Notes: generated by a model from the sequence alone, not told the origin. DNA of 64,000 bases from Candidatus Omnitrophota bacterium (GCA_023819145.1 JAMWCW010000002.1:11231-75230); one strand, 5' to 3'; shown: positions 40,933 to 51,409, counted from the stretch's first letter. Made by a program: numbers and translations.

Positions 40933-41027
40933 TCTTTAATCCTAAAGATCCTCATAAAGCAAAAGAATACAAATAAAATTATTATTCCCCAGGAAAAACC
41001 TAAAAAAATCCATCCCCCGATATTCAT
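40929..41027 (-). CDS. 32-aa single-TM peptide, probable small subunit of NSS transporter (MetS-like)
   Basis: MNIGGWIFLGFSWGIIILFVFFCFMRIFRIKE; ATGA overlaps with both neighbours. Confidence 0.8.
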   Translation of the reverse strand: MNIGGWIFLGFSWGIIILFVFFCFMRIFRIKE

Positions 41028-42583
41028 TGTACTACCTTCCTTCTTTTCCAAGCAATCTTTACCAAAATCGCTAAAGTTACAATAATGATAATTAATAAAA
41101 TTCGCATACTTAAGATATAAATTCTATTTGTAGGAGGGATATTGCGTAAGAAAATCGTGTCCCTCCCGTCTTTTCCTAAAATCCATGAAAAAAGAATAGC
41201 AATTAGTATAGAAGGTGTAATGTATTTTATGATAAATTTATAAAAACCAGGGATATTGATATCTGCTCCGTGATGTATTTCTGTCCAAGCACGTTCCATA
41301 CCGAAAACCCAAGCAAAAAGAATGGTTTCTATCGTCCCAAAAAGAACTAGGCAAAATGTCCCTCCCCAAAAATCAAGGTCATTGAGCACACCTCGTGAAA
41401 GGAAGAAAATTGATGGCTGGCAAAGAATAAAGGTTATAAAAGCAAAAATCTTTACCGCTTTCCGGCGTTCGATATCAAACTCATCTTCTAAAAAAGCGAT
41501 AGCCGGTTGGGCTAAAGAAACAGAAGAAGTTAAACCTGCCAAGAATAAAAGGAAAAACCAGAGAAAGCTGAAAAACCTTGAAAAAGCAATCTTTTGAAGA
41601 ACCATAGGCATGGTAATAAACCCTAAATCAAAACTTCCTGCGTTTGCAATATTTTTAATCTCTACAGGACCAAAAAAAACAAATGCCGCAGGAATTACAA
41701 CGCTGGCTCCTAAGATAACTTCGGCAAATTCATTAGTAACTGCGGAAGTAAGTCCAGAAAGAGCGACATCGTCGTTCTTAGATAAATAACTGGCGTAGGT
41801 AAGAATTACCCCAATTCCCACACTTAAAGTAAAAAAAATCTGTCCTGCTGCTGCCAGCCATACACGAGGAGAACGTAGAGCGGAAAAATCAGGATTCCAT
41901 AAAAAACCTAACCCATTTCTAACATTCCAATCTGGACGTAAAGGATCCGGAGCACCTAAAGAAAGAACTCTTACAGCTAATAAAATGGCACAGCAAAAAA
42001 GCAAGGGCATCGCAATTTTAGAGAGACGTTCTATTCCACCAGAAACACCATAGTAAACTACCAAAATGTTTAAGAAAAATGTTATTGTAAAAAATAAATA
42101 AGCCCACCCCAAACCTGAAAAAAACTGATTTTTAACTAATCCCTGATATCCACCAAGAAAATCACGCATTTCCTGAGAAGAACCTAAATTTGCGTATTTA
42201 CCCGTCAAAGCAAAAAAGCTGTACCCAAGAGTCCAAGATTCAATATAGGTATAATAAATAAAAATCACCAGAGGTCCAAAAATCCCAATTATACCAAAAT
42301 ATTTAATAAAACGATTCTTCTCCCAGAGACTATGGAATATTCCCGGTGCAGTTCCATGTCCAAAGCCTCCTCCGTAACGACCAATTGTCCATTCAATCCA
42401 CATTAAAGGAATGCCAAAGAGAAAGAGCGAGATAAAATAGGGAATCATAAACGCCCCCCCTCCATTTGCGGTGGCTTGTACTGGAAAACGCAAAAAGTTC
42501 CCTAACCCCACCGCACTACCTGCTACTGCTAAGATTACTCCTAAACGTGTCCTCCAAGTATCCCGCTGTTTTGTTTTTATCAT
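41024..42583 (-). CDS. Sodium-dependent neurotransmitter-symporter (NSS/LeuT) family transporter
   Basis: GSAVGLGNFLRFP, GGGAFMIPY, AAAGQIFFTLS, AGLTSS. Confidence 0.96.
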   Translation of the reverse strand: MIKTKQRDTWRTRLGVILAVAGSAVGLGNFLRFPVQATANGGGAFMIPYFISLFLFGIPLMWIEWTIGRYGGGFGHGTAPGIFHSLWEKNRFIKYFGIIGIFGPLVIFIYYTYIESWTLGYSFFALTGKYANLGSSQEMRDFLGGYQGLVKNQFFSGLGWAYLFFTITFFLNILVVYYGVSGGIERLSKIAMPLLFCCAILLAVRVLSLGAPDPLRPDWNVRNGLGFLWNPDFSALRSPRVWLAAAGQIFFTLSVGIGVILTYASYLSKNDDVALSGLTSAVTNEFAEVILGASVVIPAAFVFFGPVEIKNIANAGSFDLGFITMPMVLQKIAFSRFFSFLWFFLLFLAGLTSSVSLAQPAIAFLEDEFDIERRKAVKIFAFITFILCQPSIFFLSRGVLNDLDFWGGTFCLVLFGTIETILFAWVFGMERAWTEIHHGADINIPGFYKFIIKYITPSILIAILFSWILGKDGRDTIFLRNIPPTNRIYILSMRILLIIIIVTLAILVKIAWKRRKVVQ

Positions 42584-42602
42584 CTGGTAATTATTAATTT
42601 AA

Positions 42603-42705
42603 GAATCAAGACAGAAAGACAAAAATCATAAAGAAAGTTTCAAAATTCTAAAAAATTTTAAATTTTGCACTATCATTCTGAAATTTGATTTTTAATATTT
42701 GATTT
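42603..42705. repeat. Long imperfect inverted pair of 7-bp arrays; one arm forms the asd C-terminus
   Basis: A-rich arm aatcaag acagaaa gacaaaa atcataa ... ttcaaaa, T-rich arm ttttaaa ttttgca ... ttctgaa atttgat ttttaat atttgat (encodes KSNIKNQISE*). Confidence 0.7.
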
Positions 42706-43782
42706 TCCTATAACTAATTCGGCAATTTGCACTGCGTTTAAGGCTGCTCCTTTCCGCAGATTATCGGAAACGCACCAGAAGGACATTGCATTTTTCTTAA
42801 AAATATCTTGACGAATTCTTCCAATATAAACTGGGTCTTTACCTGAAGCATTTATAGGTAAAGGATAAGTTCTTCTTTTGGTATCATCAGAAGGAGCATT
42901 TTTATCTAAATCATCTACAAGCTCTATACCCCCAGCATTTACAAGAGTTTCTTTTATTTTATCGATTGAAATTTCTTTTTCTGTTTCTAAATATATAGAT
43001 TCTGAATGGACATTAAATACAGGAACACGCACGCATGTCGCATTTATCTCAATTTTATCATCATGCATTATCTTATGTGTTTCACGCACCATTTTCCATT
43101 CCTCTGTAGTATAGTCAAACGATTCGAACTTACCTATCTGAGGTATAAGATTAAAGGCGATAGGATAAGGAAAAGTTAAGGGTTCTTTCATCTTCTCTTT
43201 AAACCAATCTTTTTGCATTTTCTCCCAAGAACTTAAATTGTCCGTTCTGGAGAATATTTCTTTTGATTGAACAAATAATTCTTCTTGCGATTTCCTTCCT
43301 GCACCCGACACTGCCTGAAAAGTAGTAACCACTACTCTTCTAATCTTTGAAATACGATAAATAGGAGCAATGGCCGCTACCAATTGTATGGTGGAGCAAT
43401 TGGGATTGGAAATTATTCCTTTATTCCATTTTACATCTTCAGGATTAACCTCTGGCACAACCAGGGGAACTTCTGGTTTCATACGGAAATCGGCTCCATT
43501 ATCAATGACTACTGCGCCGTTCTTAATGGCTTCAGCAGCATAGGAAACCGCTGCCCCTTTCTCTCCTTCGGTACCGGCAAAAAGAGCAATATCGCATCCT
43601 TTAAACTCCTCTGGCTTTATCTCTTTAACCGAATATTTCTCACCATCCACAAAGATATCTCTTGAGCTACGTGCTAATACCTTCAACTCTTTTATGGGAA
43701 AACGACGCTGTTTAAGAACCTTAAGCATCTCTACCCCTACCGCACCTACTCCTACTAGCACTACATTGTATTCTTTTGCCAT
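42673..43782 (-). CDS. asd: Aspartate-semialdehyde dehydrogenase
   Basis: VPEVN, SNPNCSTIQL, QAVSGAG, CVRVPV, DNLRKGAALNAVQIAE. Confidence 0.97.
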   Translation of the reverse strand: MAKEYNVVLVGVGAVGVEMLKVLKQRRFPIKELKVLARSSRDIFVDGEKYSVKEIKPEEFKGCDIALFAGTEGEKGAAVSYAAEAIKNGAVVIDNGADFRMKPEVPLVVPEVNPEDVKWNKGIISNPNCSTIQLVAAIAPIYRISKIRRVVVTTFQAVSGAGRKSQEELFVQSKEIFSRTDNLSSWEKMQKDWFKEKMKEPLTFPYPIAFNLIPQIGKFESFDYTTEEWKMVRETHKIMHDDKIEINATCVRVPVFNVHSESIYLETEKEISIDKIKETLVNAGGIELVDDLDKNAPSDDTKRRTYPLPINASGKDPVYIGRIRQDIFKKNAMSFWCVSDNLRKGAALNAVQIAELVIGKSNIKNQISE

Positions 43783-43816
43783 CTATCTTTTACACCTCCT
43801 ATTTATCCGCCTAATA

Positions 43817-44872
43817 CTAACTATCTAAATACTCTACTACCAAATCTCCCACCTCTTGTGTAGAATAACCCATCTTGCCTGCAGAAAGACTTTTTAATTT
43901 TTTAGAAACTACCTCAATCACAGATTTCTCTACTAATTTAGCCGCTTCTTCTTCACCAACACCTTCAAGTAACATAGAGAGCGCACAAATTGCTGCTAAG
44001 GGATTAATAACATTTTTTCCCGTATATTTAGGAGCTGAACCTCCAATTGGTTCAAACATAGAAATGCCTTTTGGATTGATATTCCCTCCAGCAGCAATTC
44101 CTAAACCTCCTTGAATAATTGCTCCTAAATCCGTAATGATGTCTCCGAACATATTATCTGTAACAATAACATCAAACCATTCGGGATTTTTCACCATCCA
44201 CATACAAGTAGCATCAACATGGGCATAATCAGTAGATACATCTGGATATTCCTTTGCCAATTCTTGAAAAACCCTCCACCATAAATCAGATGCATAATTC
44301 AAGACATTGGTTTTGGCGCAAAGAGTAAGTTTTCTTTTCTTATTTCTCTTTCTTGTATACTCGAAAGCATATCTGATACAACGTTCTACTCCTTTATAAG
44401 TATTTCTGCTTATCTGTAGCGCAATTTCATCTTTAGTCCCTCTATTTATAAACTCACCTTCTCCTACATAAAACCCTTCGGTATTCTCTCTGATAACCAC
44501 AAAATCTATTTCTTCAGGGCCTTTATCTTTCAGGGGAGTTTCCACTCCCGGATAAAGTTTCACCGGACGAAGATTTATATACTGGTCTAGCTCAAATCTC
44601 AATTTTAAAAGAATTCCTCTCTCTAAAATACCCGGTTTAACTTCGGGATGTCCAATCGCTCCTAAATAAATGACATCGTGTTTTTTAATATCTTCAAAAA
44701 CATCTGGGGGAAAAACCTCTCCGGTTCTCAAATATCTTTCTCCTCCTAAATCAAAAATCTTTGTCCGGTATTGAAAACCAGTAATTTTTGAAACCGCTTC
44801 TAAAACTTTAAGTCCTTCACGAATCACTTCAGGACCTGTACCATCTCCTGGAATTACTGCAATTTTATGCAT
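43817..44872 (-). CDS. leuB: 3-isopropylmalate dehydrogenase
   Basis: [38 protein letters not shown]; follows leuCD. Confidence 0.9.
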   Translation of the reverse strand: MHKIAVIPGDGTGPEVIREGLKVLEAVSKITGFQYRTKIFDLGGERYLRTGEVFPPDVFEDIKKHDVIYLGAIGHPEVKPGILERGILLKLRFELDQYINLRPVKLYPGVETPLKDKGPEEIDFVVIRENTEGFYVGEGEFINRGTKDEIALQISRNTYKGVERCIRYAFEYTRKRNKKRKLTLCAKTNVLNYASDLWWRVFQELAKEYPDVSTDYAHVDATCMWMVKNPEWFDVIVTDNMFGDIITDLGAIIQGGLGIAAGGNINPKGISMFEPIGGSAPKYTGKNVINPLAAICALSMLLEGVGEEEAAKLVEKSVIEVVSKKLKSLSAGKMGYSTQEVGDLVVEYLDS

Positions 44873-44935
44873 AATTTATCACCTCGTTATACTTATTAAT
44901 GTGTAATTATTTTACTAAAAGAAATTGCAACGAAC

Positions 44936-45427
44936 TTAACGAATAAAACGGATTTTAATATAGTTCAATAACCCTCCCTGATTTATTAAATCCTGCAAAA
45001 ATTCAGGAAAAGGTTGTATTTTATAGACTTTATATTGAGTTAGGTTTCTAATTTCCCCTTCCTTTAAATCCACTTCCAGTAAATCTTGCTCTTTTATCTC
45101 TTCTGCTTCTTTACACTCCACGATCGGTAAGCCAATATTTATGGCATTGCGGAAGAAAATTCTTGCAAAACTCAATGCAATTACGCAAGAAATTCCTGCT
45201 CCTTTGATAGCCAAGGGAGCATGCTCCCTTGAAGAACCGCAACCAAAGTTCTTACCCGCTACAATAATATCGCCGTTTTCTATACCCTGTGAAAAGCCTG
45301 GTCTCAAATCAGCAAAAAGATTTCTCCCCAATATTTCCGCTTCGGTAGTAACAAGAAATTTGGCAGGGATAATTAAATCTGTATTAATATCATCTCCGAA
45401 AAGCCATGCCTTCCCTTTAATTACCAT
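44936..45427 (-). CDS. leuD: 3-isopropylmalate dehydratase small subunit
   Basis: [31 protein letters not shown]. Confidence 0.93.
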   Translation of the reverse strand: MVIKGKAWLFGDDINTDLIIPAKFLVTTEAEILGRNLFADLRPGFSQGIENGDIIVAGKNFGCGSSREHAPLAIKGAGISCVIALSFARIFFRNAINIGLPIVECKEAEEIKEQDLLEVDLKEGEIRNLTQYKVYKIQPFPEFLQDLINQGGLLNYIKIRFIR

Positions 45428-45428
45428 C

Positions 45429-46703
45429 TCAAATCACTTCCTCAGGATGAGCAATCCTTCCTTTAATAGCGGAAGCAGTAGCTACGCTGGGACTAGCAAG
45501 ATAAACTTCTGAATCCGGATGTCCCATCCTCCCTTTAAAATTACGATTTGTGGTAGAAATGCAACGCTCTCCTTTATCTAAAATTCCCATATGCCCACCT
45601 AAACATGGTCCGCAAGTGGGAGTAGAGAAAACTGCTCCTGCTTTAACAAAAATCTCAACCAATCCTTCCTTCAATGCCTCTAAATAAATTCTTTGTGTTG
45701 CAGGAATGACAATCATTCTCACCTGAGGATAGACCTTCTTACCTTTAAGTATTTTTGCGGAAATTCTCAAATCAGAAATTCTCCCATTAGTACAAGAACC
45801 TACCACCACTTGATTAATCTTTATTTTCCTCAACTCAGAAACAGGTTTTACATTAGAAGGAAGATCGGGACAAGCAACTACTGGTTCTTTCCACTTTCGC
45901 ACATCGTATTCCTTAACCTCAATATATTTTGCATCCTTATCGGATTTTAAGCTTTTGTTTTGAATTTTGAGTTTTGAATTCTTAGTTTTGAGATATTTTA
46001 CCGTTATTTCATCTGGTTCAATAATACCTGATTTGCCTCCTGCTTCAATTGCCATATTACACATCGTGAAGCGTCCATCCATATCAAGTTTTCTTATTGT
46101 TTCACCTGTAAATTCCATTGCTTTATATAAAGCGCCATCTACGCCAATATCTCCGATGGTATATAAAATAATATCCTTACCTGTCAACCATTTATTTAAT
46201 TTTCCATAATATATAAATTTCATCGATTCAGGAACCTTAAACCAAACCTTCCCTATAGCCATTGCTCCTGCTAAATCAGTAGAACCCACTCCCGTAGCAA
46301 AAGCTCCTAATGCACCATAGGTACAGGTATGAGAATCTGCCCCAATAACTAAATCTCCTGGTTTTATTAAACCTAACTCCGGAAGCAGAGCATGTTCTAT
46401 ACCCATTCTTCCTACTTCGTAATAATGCTTTATCTTTTGTTTTTTAGCAAAAACCGCCAGAACCTTTGCTTGTTTTGCAGAAGCAAGGTCTTTAGCCGGT
46501 GTAAAATGGTCAGGGATAAGGGCAATTCTATCACGGTCAAAAACCTTTGCTATCCCCTTCTCCTCCAATTCCTTAATTGCTAAGGGAGCAGTAATATCAT
46601 TACCCAAAGCAAAATCCACCTTTGCAAAAATAAATTTTCCCGGGTAAATTTCTTTCTCTCGGGTATGTGCTAAAAGTATCTTTTCAGTAATAGTCATTCC
46701 CAT
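45429..46703 (-). CDS. leuC: 3-isopropylmalate dehydratase large subunit (type 2)
   Basis: [36 protein letters not shown]. Confidence 0.93.
   Translation of the reverse strand: MGMTITEKILLAHTREKEIYPGKFIFAKVDFALGNDITAPLAIKELEEKGIAKVFDRDRIALIPDHFTPAKDLASAKQAKVLAVFAKKQKIKHYYEVGRMGIEHALLPELGLIKPGDLVIGADSHTCTYGALGAFATGVGSTDLAGAMAIGKVWFKVPESMKFIYYGKLNKWLTGKDIILYTIGDIGVDGALYKAMEFTGETIRKLDMDGRFTMCNMAIEAGGKSGIIEPDEITVKYLKTKNSKLKIQNKSLKSDKDAKYIEVKEYDVRKWKEPVVACPDLPSNVKPVSELRKIKINQVVVGSCTNGRISDLRISAKILKGKKVYPQVRMIVIPATQRIYLEALKEGLVEIFVKAGAVFSTPTCGPCLGGHMGILDKGERCISTTNRNFKGRMGHPDSEVYLASPSVATASAIKGRIAHPEEVI
45958..45992. repeat. 7-bp (TTTTGAG/A) array in frame within leuC
   Basis: ttttgaa ttttgag ttttgaa ttcttag ttttgag; encodes [11 protein letters not shown]. 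Confidence 0.9.
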
Positions 46704-46740
46704 CTTACTAATTAAACCCTATCCCCCCATAATTTCTTAC

Positions 46741-46775
46741 TTACGAATCACAGATTACCAATAGCGAATTACGGT
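46741..46775. repeat. 7-bp array upstream of leuC
   Basis: ttacgaa tcacaga ttaccaa tagcgaa ttacggt. Confidence 0.75.
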
Positions 46776-46783
46776 TATTATAT

Positions 46784-47233
46784 TCAAATTTTTTTAATAA
46801 GTGCAACTTCCTGGCAATCAGGAAATTTTGCACAATTTATGCATTCTCCCCATATTTTCTGAGGTAACTGCGCTTTATCAATCTTTCTAAAATCTAATTT
46901 TTCAAAAAACTCGGGTATATAAGTCAAAACAAAAAGCTGTCTAATACCCAAAGCTTTGGCTTCTTTAATCGCTTCCTTTACCAGGCTCGATCCAATTCCT
47001 TTATGTTGTACGGATTCTTCTACCGCCAGCGACTTTATCTCTGCCAAATCCTCCCATGAAATATGTAAAGCACAGGTTCCTAAAATTTTCTCTCTTTCTT
47101 CATAAACAAAATAATCACGGATATTATCGTATAATTCATTAAGGGAACGGTAAAGCATTAAACCGCGTTCAGCATACAGATTAATCAATTTTTGAATCTC
47201 CTTAACCTCATCAATCTTTGCCTTTCGTATCAT
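46784..47233 (-). CDS. argA: GNAT N-acetyltransferase, probable short-type N-acetylglutamate synthase
   Basis: GLMLYRS, LAEIKSLAV, FVLTY, LPQKIWGECINCAKFPDCQEVAL. Confidence 0.7.
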   Translation of the reverse strand: MIRKAKIDEVKEIQKLINLYAERGLMLYRSLNELYDNIRDYFVYEEREKILGTCALHISWEDLAEIKSLAVEESVQHKGIGSSLVKEAIKEAKALGIRQLFVLTYIPEFFEKLDFRKIDKAQLPQKIWGECINCAKFPDCQEVALIKKI

Positions 47234-47287
47234 ATTAACTTCCTTTTTTAAGAATTAACCTGGATTAATCTTTGTAGATGGAGTAAA

Positions 47288-47316
47288 ATGTTACCATAAT
47301 CTTCTCTTATTTACAA
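47288..47316 (-). promoter_or_regulatory. Promoter for GNAT-leuCDB-asd cluster
   Basis: TTGTAA-N17-TAACAT with extended TG. Confidence 0.5.
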
Positions 47317-47329
47317 TAATATTATTAGT

Positions 47330-48286
47330 TTAGTCAAAAAGACAACAGGAAACCCAATGGCCAGGAGAAACCTCTTTTAATACATACTCCTTCTCTTCGC
47401 AAACAGACTTTCTTTCTCTACACCGCGGTAAGAAACTACATAATCTATCTTTACCGTTTGAATCTTTCCCTGTTATCTTTAAGGTAGAAACGGGTAACTT
47501 TTTTTTACCTAAAGTAGGAATCGCAGAAAGAAGAAGTTTTGTATAGGGATGGAGAGAATTTCTAAAAATCTCCTCAGAATTAGCCTTTTCTAAAATTTTT
47601 CCTCGATAAATAACACATACTTCATCACTTACGTGACGAATGACCCTTAAATCATGAGCAATAAAAATATAACTCAAATTTAATTTCTCTTGTAAATCTA
47701 TTAGAAGATTGATAATCTGTGCCTGTATCGATAAATCCAAGGAAGAAACTGGCTCATCCAGAATAACTAACTCTGTTTCCCCTGCCAAAGCGCGGGCAAT
47801 GCTTATCCTTTGTCGTTGTCCGCCGCTAAACTCATGAGGAAATCTTTCTAAAGCATCTTTGGATAATCCCACAAGTTCTAAAAGCTCTACTACTCTTGTC
47901 TTTTTCTCATACTTAGTCTTTTTCGACAATTCCATCCCTTCTAAAACAATCTTCTCTACTGTAAAACGGGGATCGAGGGAAGAAAACGGGTCTTGAAAAA
48001 CAATAGAAATAAATCCTAATAATGCCCTAAACTCCTTCTCAGAAAGACAAGATACTTCTTTCCCTTTTAAGAAAATCTCCCCTGCATCAGGTTGGATAAT
48101 TCTTACCAACATTTTTGCCAAAGTAGATTTTCCCGATCCGCTCTCTCCCACTATTCCCAAAGTTTTCCCTTTATCCAGAGAAAAACTTACTCCATCAACT
48201 GCCTTTACATATCCCACAGTTTTATAAAAAAGCCCTTTTTTAATCGGAAAATATTTCTTTAAATCCCTAACTTCTAAAATATTCAT
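47330..48286 (-). CDS. oppF: Oligopeptide/dipeptide ABC ATPase (F-type)
   Basis: GESGSGKST, FSGGQRQR, LDEP, HPYT, Cys-rich C-terminus. Confidence 0.9.
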   Translation of the reverse strand: MNILEVRDLKKYFPIKKGLFYKTVGYVKAVDGVSFSLDKGKTLGIVGESGSGKSTLAKMLVRIIQPDAGEIFLKGKEVSCLSEKEFRALLGFISIVFQDPFSSLDPRFTVEKIVLEGMELSKKTKYEKKTRVVELLELVGLSKDALERFPHEFSGGQRQRISIARALAGETELVILDEPVSSLDLSIQAQIINLLIDLQEKLNLSYIFIAHDLRVIRHVSDEVCVIYRGKILEKANSEEIFRNSLHPYTKLLLSAIPTLGKKKLPVSTLKITGKDSNGKDRLCSFLPRCRERKSVCEEKEYVLKEVSPGHWVSCCLFD

Positions 48287-48290
48287 CTGT

Positions 48291-48325
48291 GTTTTAAAAT
48301 TTGAAATTCGTGCTTTAAGTTTTCA
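48291..48325. repeat. 7-bp array in oppD-oppF spacer
   Basis: gttttaa aatttga aattcgt gctttaa gttttca. Confidence 0.55.
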
Positions 48326-49282
48326 AAAATTGTGGCACCATACCCAATGACTCTCCGTGATTTCGGATGTCTCGGGAAATTCTTTATCGCAAATCCCAAC
48401 CCTTTTTTCACAACGTGGATGAAATGGACAACCTAAAGGCCTATTAAGTATGTCGGGAACCTGCCCGGGAATTGCGTTGAGAAAAGTTTTAGGTTTGCTC
48501 AATTCTGGAAAACAGGCAAGAAGTTTCTGTGTATAAGGATGCTTTGGGTTCTGGAAAATTTCTTCCACCTTTCCTGTTTCCACAATTTTACCCAAATACA
48601 TTATTCCCACCCTATCCGCAATCTCTTCTACAATAGCCAAATCATGGGTAATAAACAAAGAAGTAAGTTGAAACTCTCTCTTTATTCTAAAAATTAATTC
48701 TAAAATCTGTGCTTGAATGGTAGTATCTAAAGCAGTTGTTGGTTCATCGAGAATCAATAATTTCGGATTACAACAAAGAGACATGGCAATCATCGCCCTC
48801 TGACGCATCCCCCCACTTAACTGATGAGGATAACTATCAAGTAAAACTTCGGGTTGGTCAAAACCGACGTTTCTTAACGAATCAATAGCCCTGAGACGTG
48901 CTTCTCTCTTATCCATCTTGAGATGAAAAACTAACATCTCAACTATCTGAGTTCCTACAGAAAGGACCGGATTCAATGAAGTAAGCGGTTCTTGAAAAAC
49001 CATAGCTATATCTTTCCCACGTAGAGATTGCCAATCCCTTTCTGAAAAATTAATCAACTCCTTTCCTTCAAAAACGATATTTCCCTCCACTATTCTACCC
49101 GGAGAAGGAACGAGGTTTAAAATAGATAGCGCAAGCATTGTTTTCCCACACCCCGACTCTCCCACAACGGCAAAGAATTCTCCTCTTTTGATATCCAGGG
49201 AAACTTCATCAATAACTTTAGTGATACCCCCATTGGAATAAAAATATACTTTTAGATTCTTAATTTCTAATAACTTATCCAT
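48323..49282 (-). CDS. oppD: Oligopeptide/dipeptide ABC ATPase (D-type)
   Basis: GESGCGKT, LSGGMRQR, DEPTTALD, GCPFHPRC. Confidence 0.9.
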   Translation of the reverse strand: MDKLLEIKNLKVYFYSNGGITKVIDEVSLDIKRGEFFAVVGESGCGKTMLALSILNLVPSPGRIVEGNIVFEGKELINFSERDWQSLRGKDIAMVFQEPLTSLNPVLSVGTQIVEMLVFHLKMDKREARLRAIDSLRNVGFDQPEVLLDSYPHQLSGGMRQRAMIAMSLCCNPKLLILDEPTTALDTTIQAQILELIFRIKREFQLTSLFITHDLAIVEEIADRVGIMYLGKIVETGKVEEIFQNPKHPYTQKLLACFPELSKPKTFLNAIPGQVPDILNRPLGCPFHPRCEKRVGICDKEFPETSEITESHWVWCHNF

Positions 49283-49291
49283 ATTTTACAA

Positions 49292-49334
49292 AAACTCAGA
49301 ACTCTAAACGACTTCAGCATTTGATTTAGAGCTT
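49292..49334. repeat. Short 7-bp array with inverted partner at oppC stop
   Basis: aaactca gaactct aaac ... tttagagctt. Confidence 0.5.
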
Positions 49335-50447
49335 ACTCATTGTCCTATGCGGGTCAAAGGCATCCCTTAATCCATCTCCTAAGAGATTAAAAGCTGATAC
49401 GGTGATAAAAATAAATAGTCCAGGAATTAATATCCAAGGATGCCTCTGAATCTCGCTTATTGCCATTGCATCGGAAAGAAGATTACCCCAGCTGGCATAA
49501 GGGTCTTGTATCCCTAAACCAATCAAACTTAAAACCGATTCTCCTAAAATATAACCAGGGATAGAGAGCGTAATAGCTACAATAATATAAGAAAATAAAT
49601 TAGGTAGAATGTGACGATAGATGACCTTTATGTTGCTTAAGCCAGAGACACGCGCAGAAAGTACAAATTCTTTTTCTCTCAAAGAAAGAGCCATTCCTCT
49701 AATAACTCTTGCTAATCCTGCCCACCCAATAAAAGAAAGAATAACAACAATAAGAAAATAAATCTGCACTGAACTTAAACTAAGAGGAAAAGTTGCCCGT
49801 AGAGTAAGCATCAGATAAAAACCCGGAACCATCATGATAATCTCGCAGAGTCGCATAATAAAATTGTCGATTCTGCCCCCAAAATATCCGGCAATTCCTC
49901 CCATAAACATCCCTAAGAAGAAACTGATACTTACCCCTACTAAACCAATAGAAAGCGAGATTCTTGCCCCATGTAAGATACGAGAAAATAAATCTCGCCC
50001 ACGACTATCTGCTCCAAAGAGATAAATTCTTGCCGGCTCACTTACACCAAAGAGATGAACCCTGGTTTTAAAAATCCCTAATAATTTATATTCATCTCCT
50101 TTATAGAAAAGTCTTAGGGGATAAATCTGCGTCCTGTCTTCATAATAAATACGGCGATAAAAATCGTCAAATTTCTGTTGGTATCTGTAAATGTAAAAAT
50201 ATAGCCGACTCTTTTCTTTTGCAAAATATATCTTTGTGGGAGGATGATAAGAATTTTCTCTCTTTTCATTATCGAAATTATAGGGGGCAAAAAAATCTGC
50301 AAAGATTGCAAGAATATAAAGAACAACCAACATCCAGAAACCCCATATCGCTATACGATGCTTTTTAAAACGATAAAGGGCAATCTGAAATGGAGTCTTT
50401 GTTTTACTTCGGATTTCGGACTTCGGATTTCGGATTTGTTTATTCAT
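49326..50447 (-). CDS. oppC: Peptide ABC transporter permease (C-type)
   Basis: GADSRGRDLFSRILHGARISL, HILPN, LGDGLRDAFDP. Confidence 0.9.
   Translation of the reverse strand: MNKQIRNPKSEIRSKTKTPFQIALYRFKKHRIAIWGFWMLVVLYILAIFADFFAPYNFDNEKRENSYHPPTKIYFAKEKSRLYFYIYRYQQKFDDFYRRIYYEDRTQIYPLRLFYKGDEYKLLGIFKTRVHLFGVSEPARIYLFGADSRGRDLFSRILHGARISLSIGLVGVSISFFLGMFMGGIAGYFGGRIDNFIMRLCEIIMMVPGFYLMLTLRATFPLSLSSVQIYFLIVVILSFIGWAGLARVIRGMALSLREKEFVLSARVSGLSNIKVIYRHILPNLFSYIIVAITLSIPGYILGESVLSLIGLGIQDPYASWGNLLSDAMAISEIQRHPWILIPGLFIFITVSAFNLLGDGLRDAFDPHRTMSKL
50406..50437. repeat. 7-bp (ATTTCGG/ACTTCGG) array forming the oppC N-terminus
   Basis: acttcgg atttcgg acttcgg atttcgg attt; encodes QIRNPKSEIRS. 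Confidence 0.95.
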
Positions 50448-51405
50448 ATCTTATCCGTGGGTCAAACCAAGCAAGTAAAACATCGGCAACTAAATTCCCT
50501 ATAATAAGCATAACTCCGCTGATGAGCATGGTTCCCATCACCAAATATATATCTTGACTTCTTACTGCACTAAGCATAACCGACCCCAATCCTGGCCAGT
50601 TACAGATTATCTCTGTTAAGGCTGCACCACTCAAAATATCCGAAAGGTGATATCCAAAAATGGTTATGAGAGGATTAATCGCATTTTTCAAAGCATGGGT
50701 ATATAAAACTCTTCTCTCCGGTAATCCTTTCGCACGCGCTGTGAGAATGTAACGTTGACGCAATACCTCCAGCATATTACCCCGCATAATTCTCTGTAAA
50801 GAAGCAATCGCGCCTAAGGAAACTACTATCGTAGGAATAGCGAGGTGTTTAAGGATATCAATTATCTTAATAAAGAAATTAAACTCTTCAAAATTAGCCG
50901 AGCGCATACCTCCTGTAGGAAATATTCCGGTAAGACTGGCAATAAACAATAGGAGTATGGCGAGAAAAAAGCTCGGAATAGACAAACCAATAAAAGAAAA
51001 AGCAGAAAATAATCTATCCCAGAAGCGATACTGCTTTATGGCACAAAATATGCCCAAAGGGATAGCAATTAACCAAGTAAATAAAAGACTCGAAAAAGAC
51101 AAAAGCAAAGTATTCCCAATCCTACTTTTTATTACCTTAGTAACAGGATTCTTCTGGGTAAAAGAGTAACCTAAGTCTAATTTAAGTATATTTTTTAACC
51201 AACAAAGATACTGAATTATCCACGGTTTATCGAGCTGATACTGAACCTCATACATTCTAATCGTTTCCGGAGAAATTTGAGGATTAAGCCTCAGTGTGTC
51301 AAAATAGTCTCCCGGCGCGAGTTGAATAAATAGAAAAGTAATGAAGGAAATTGCCAATAGTAAAGGAAAGGAAATAAGCAAACGTCTTAAAATATATGTT
51401 CTCAT
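50440..51405 (-). CDS. oppB: Peptide ABC transporter permease (B-type)
   Basis: YILRRLL, TARAKGL, HALKNA, WPGLG, DPRIRY. Confidence 0.9.
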   Translation of the reverse strand: MRTYILRRLLISFPLLLAISFITFLFIQLAPGDYFDTLRLNPQISPETIRMYEVQYQLDKPWIIQYLCWLKNILKLDLGYSFTQKNPVTKVIKSRIGNTLLLSFSSLLFTWLIAIPLGIFCAIKQYRFWDRLFSAFSFIGLSIPSFFLAILLLFIASLTGIFPTGGMRSANFEEFNFFIKIIDILKHLAIPTIVVSLGAIASLQRIMRGNMLEVLRQRYILTARAKGLPERRVLYTHALKNAINPLITIFGYHLSDILSGAALTEIICNWPGLGSVMLSAVRSQDIYLVMGTMLISGVMLIIGNLVADVLLAWFDPRIRYE

Positions 51406-51409
51406 CCTC

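Noticed and set aside
20942-50437. CRISPR or DGR interpretation of the repeats
   Set aside because: There are no 25-40 bp repeats with unique spacers, no cas or RT gene, and no long TR/VR pair; unit variation is not confined to adenines.
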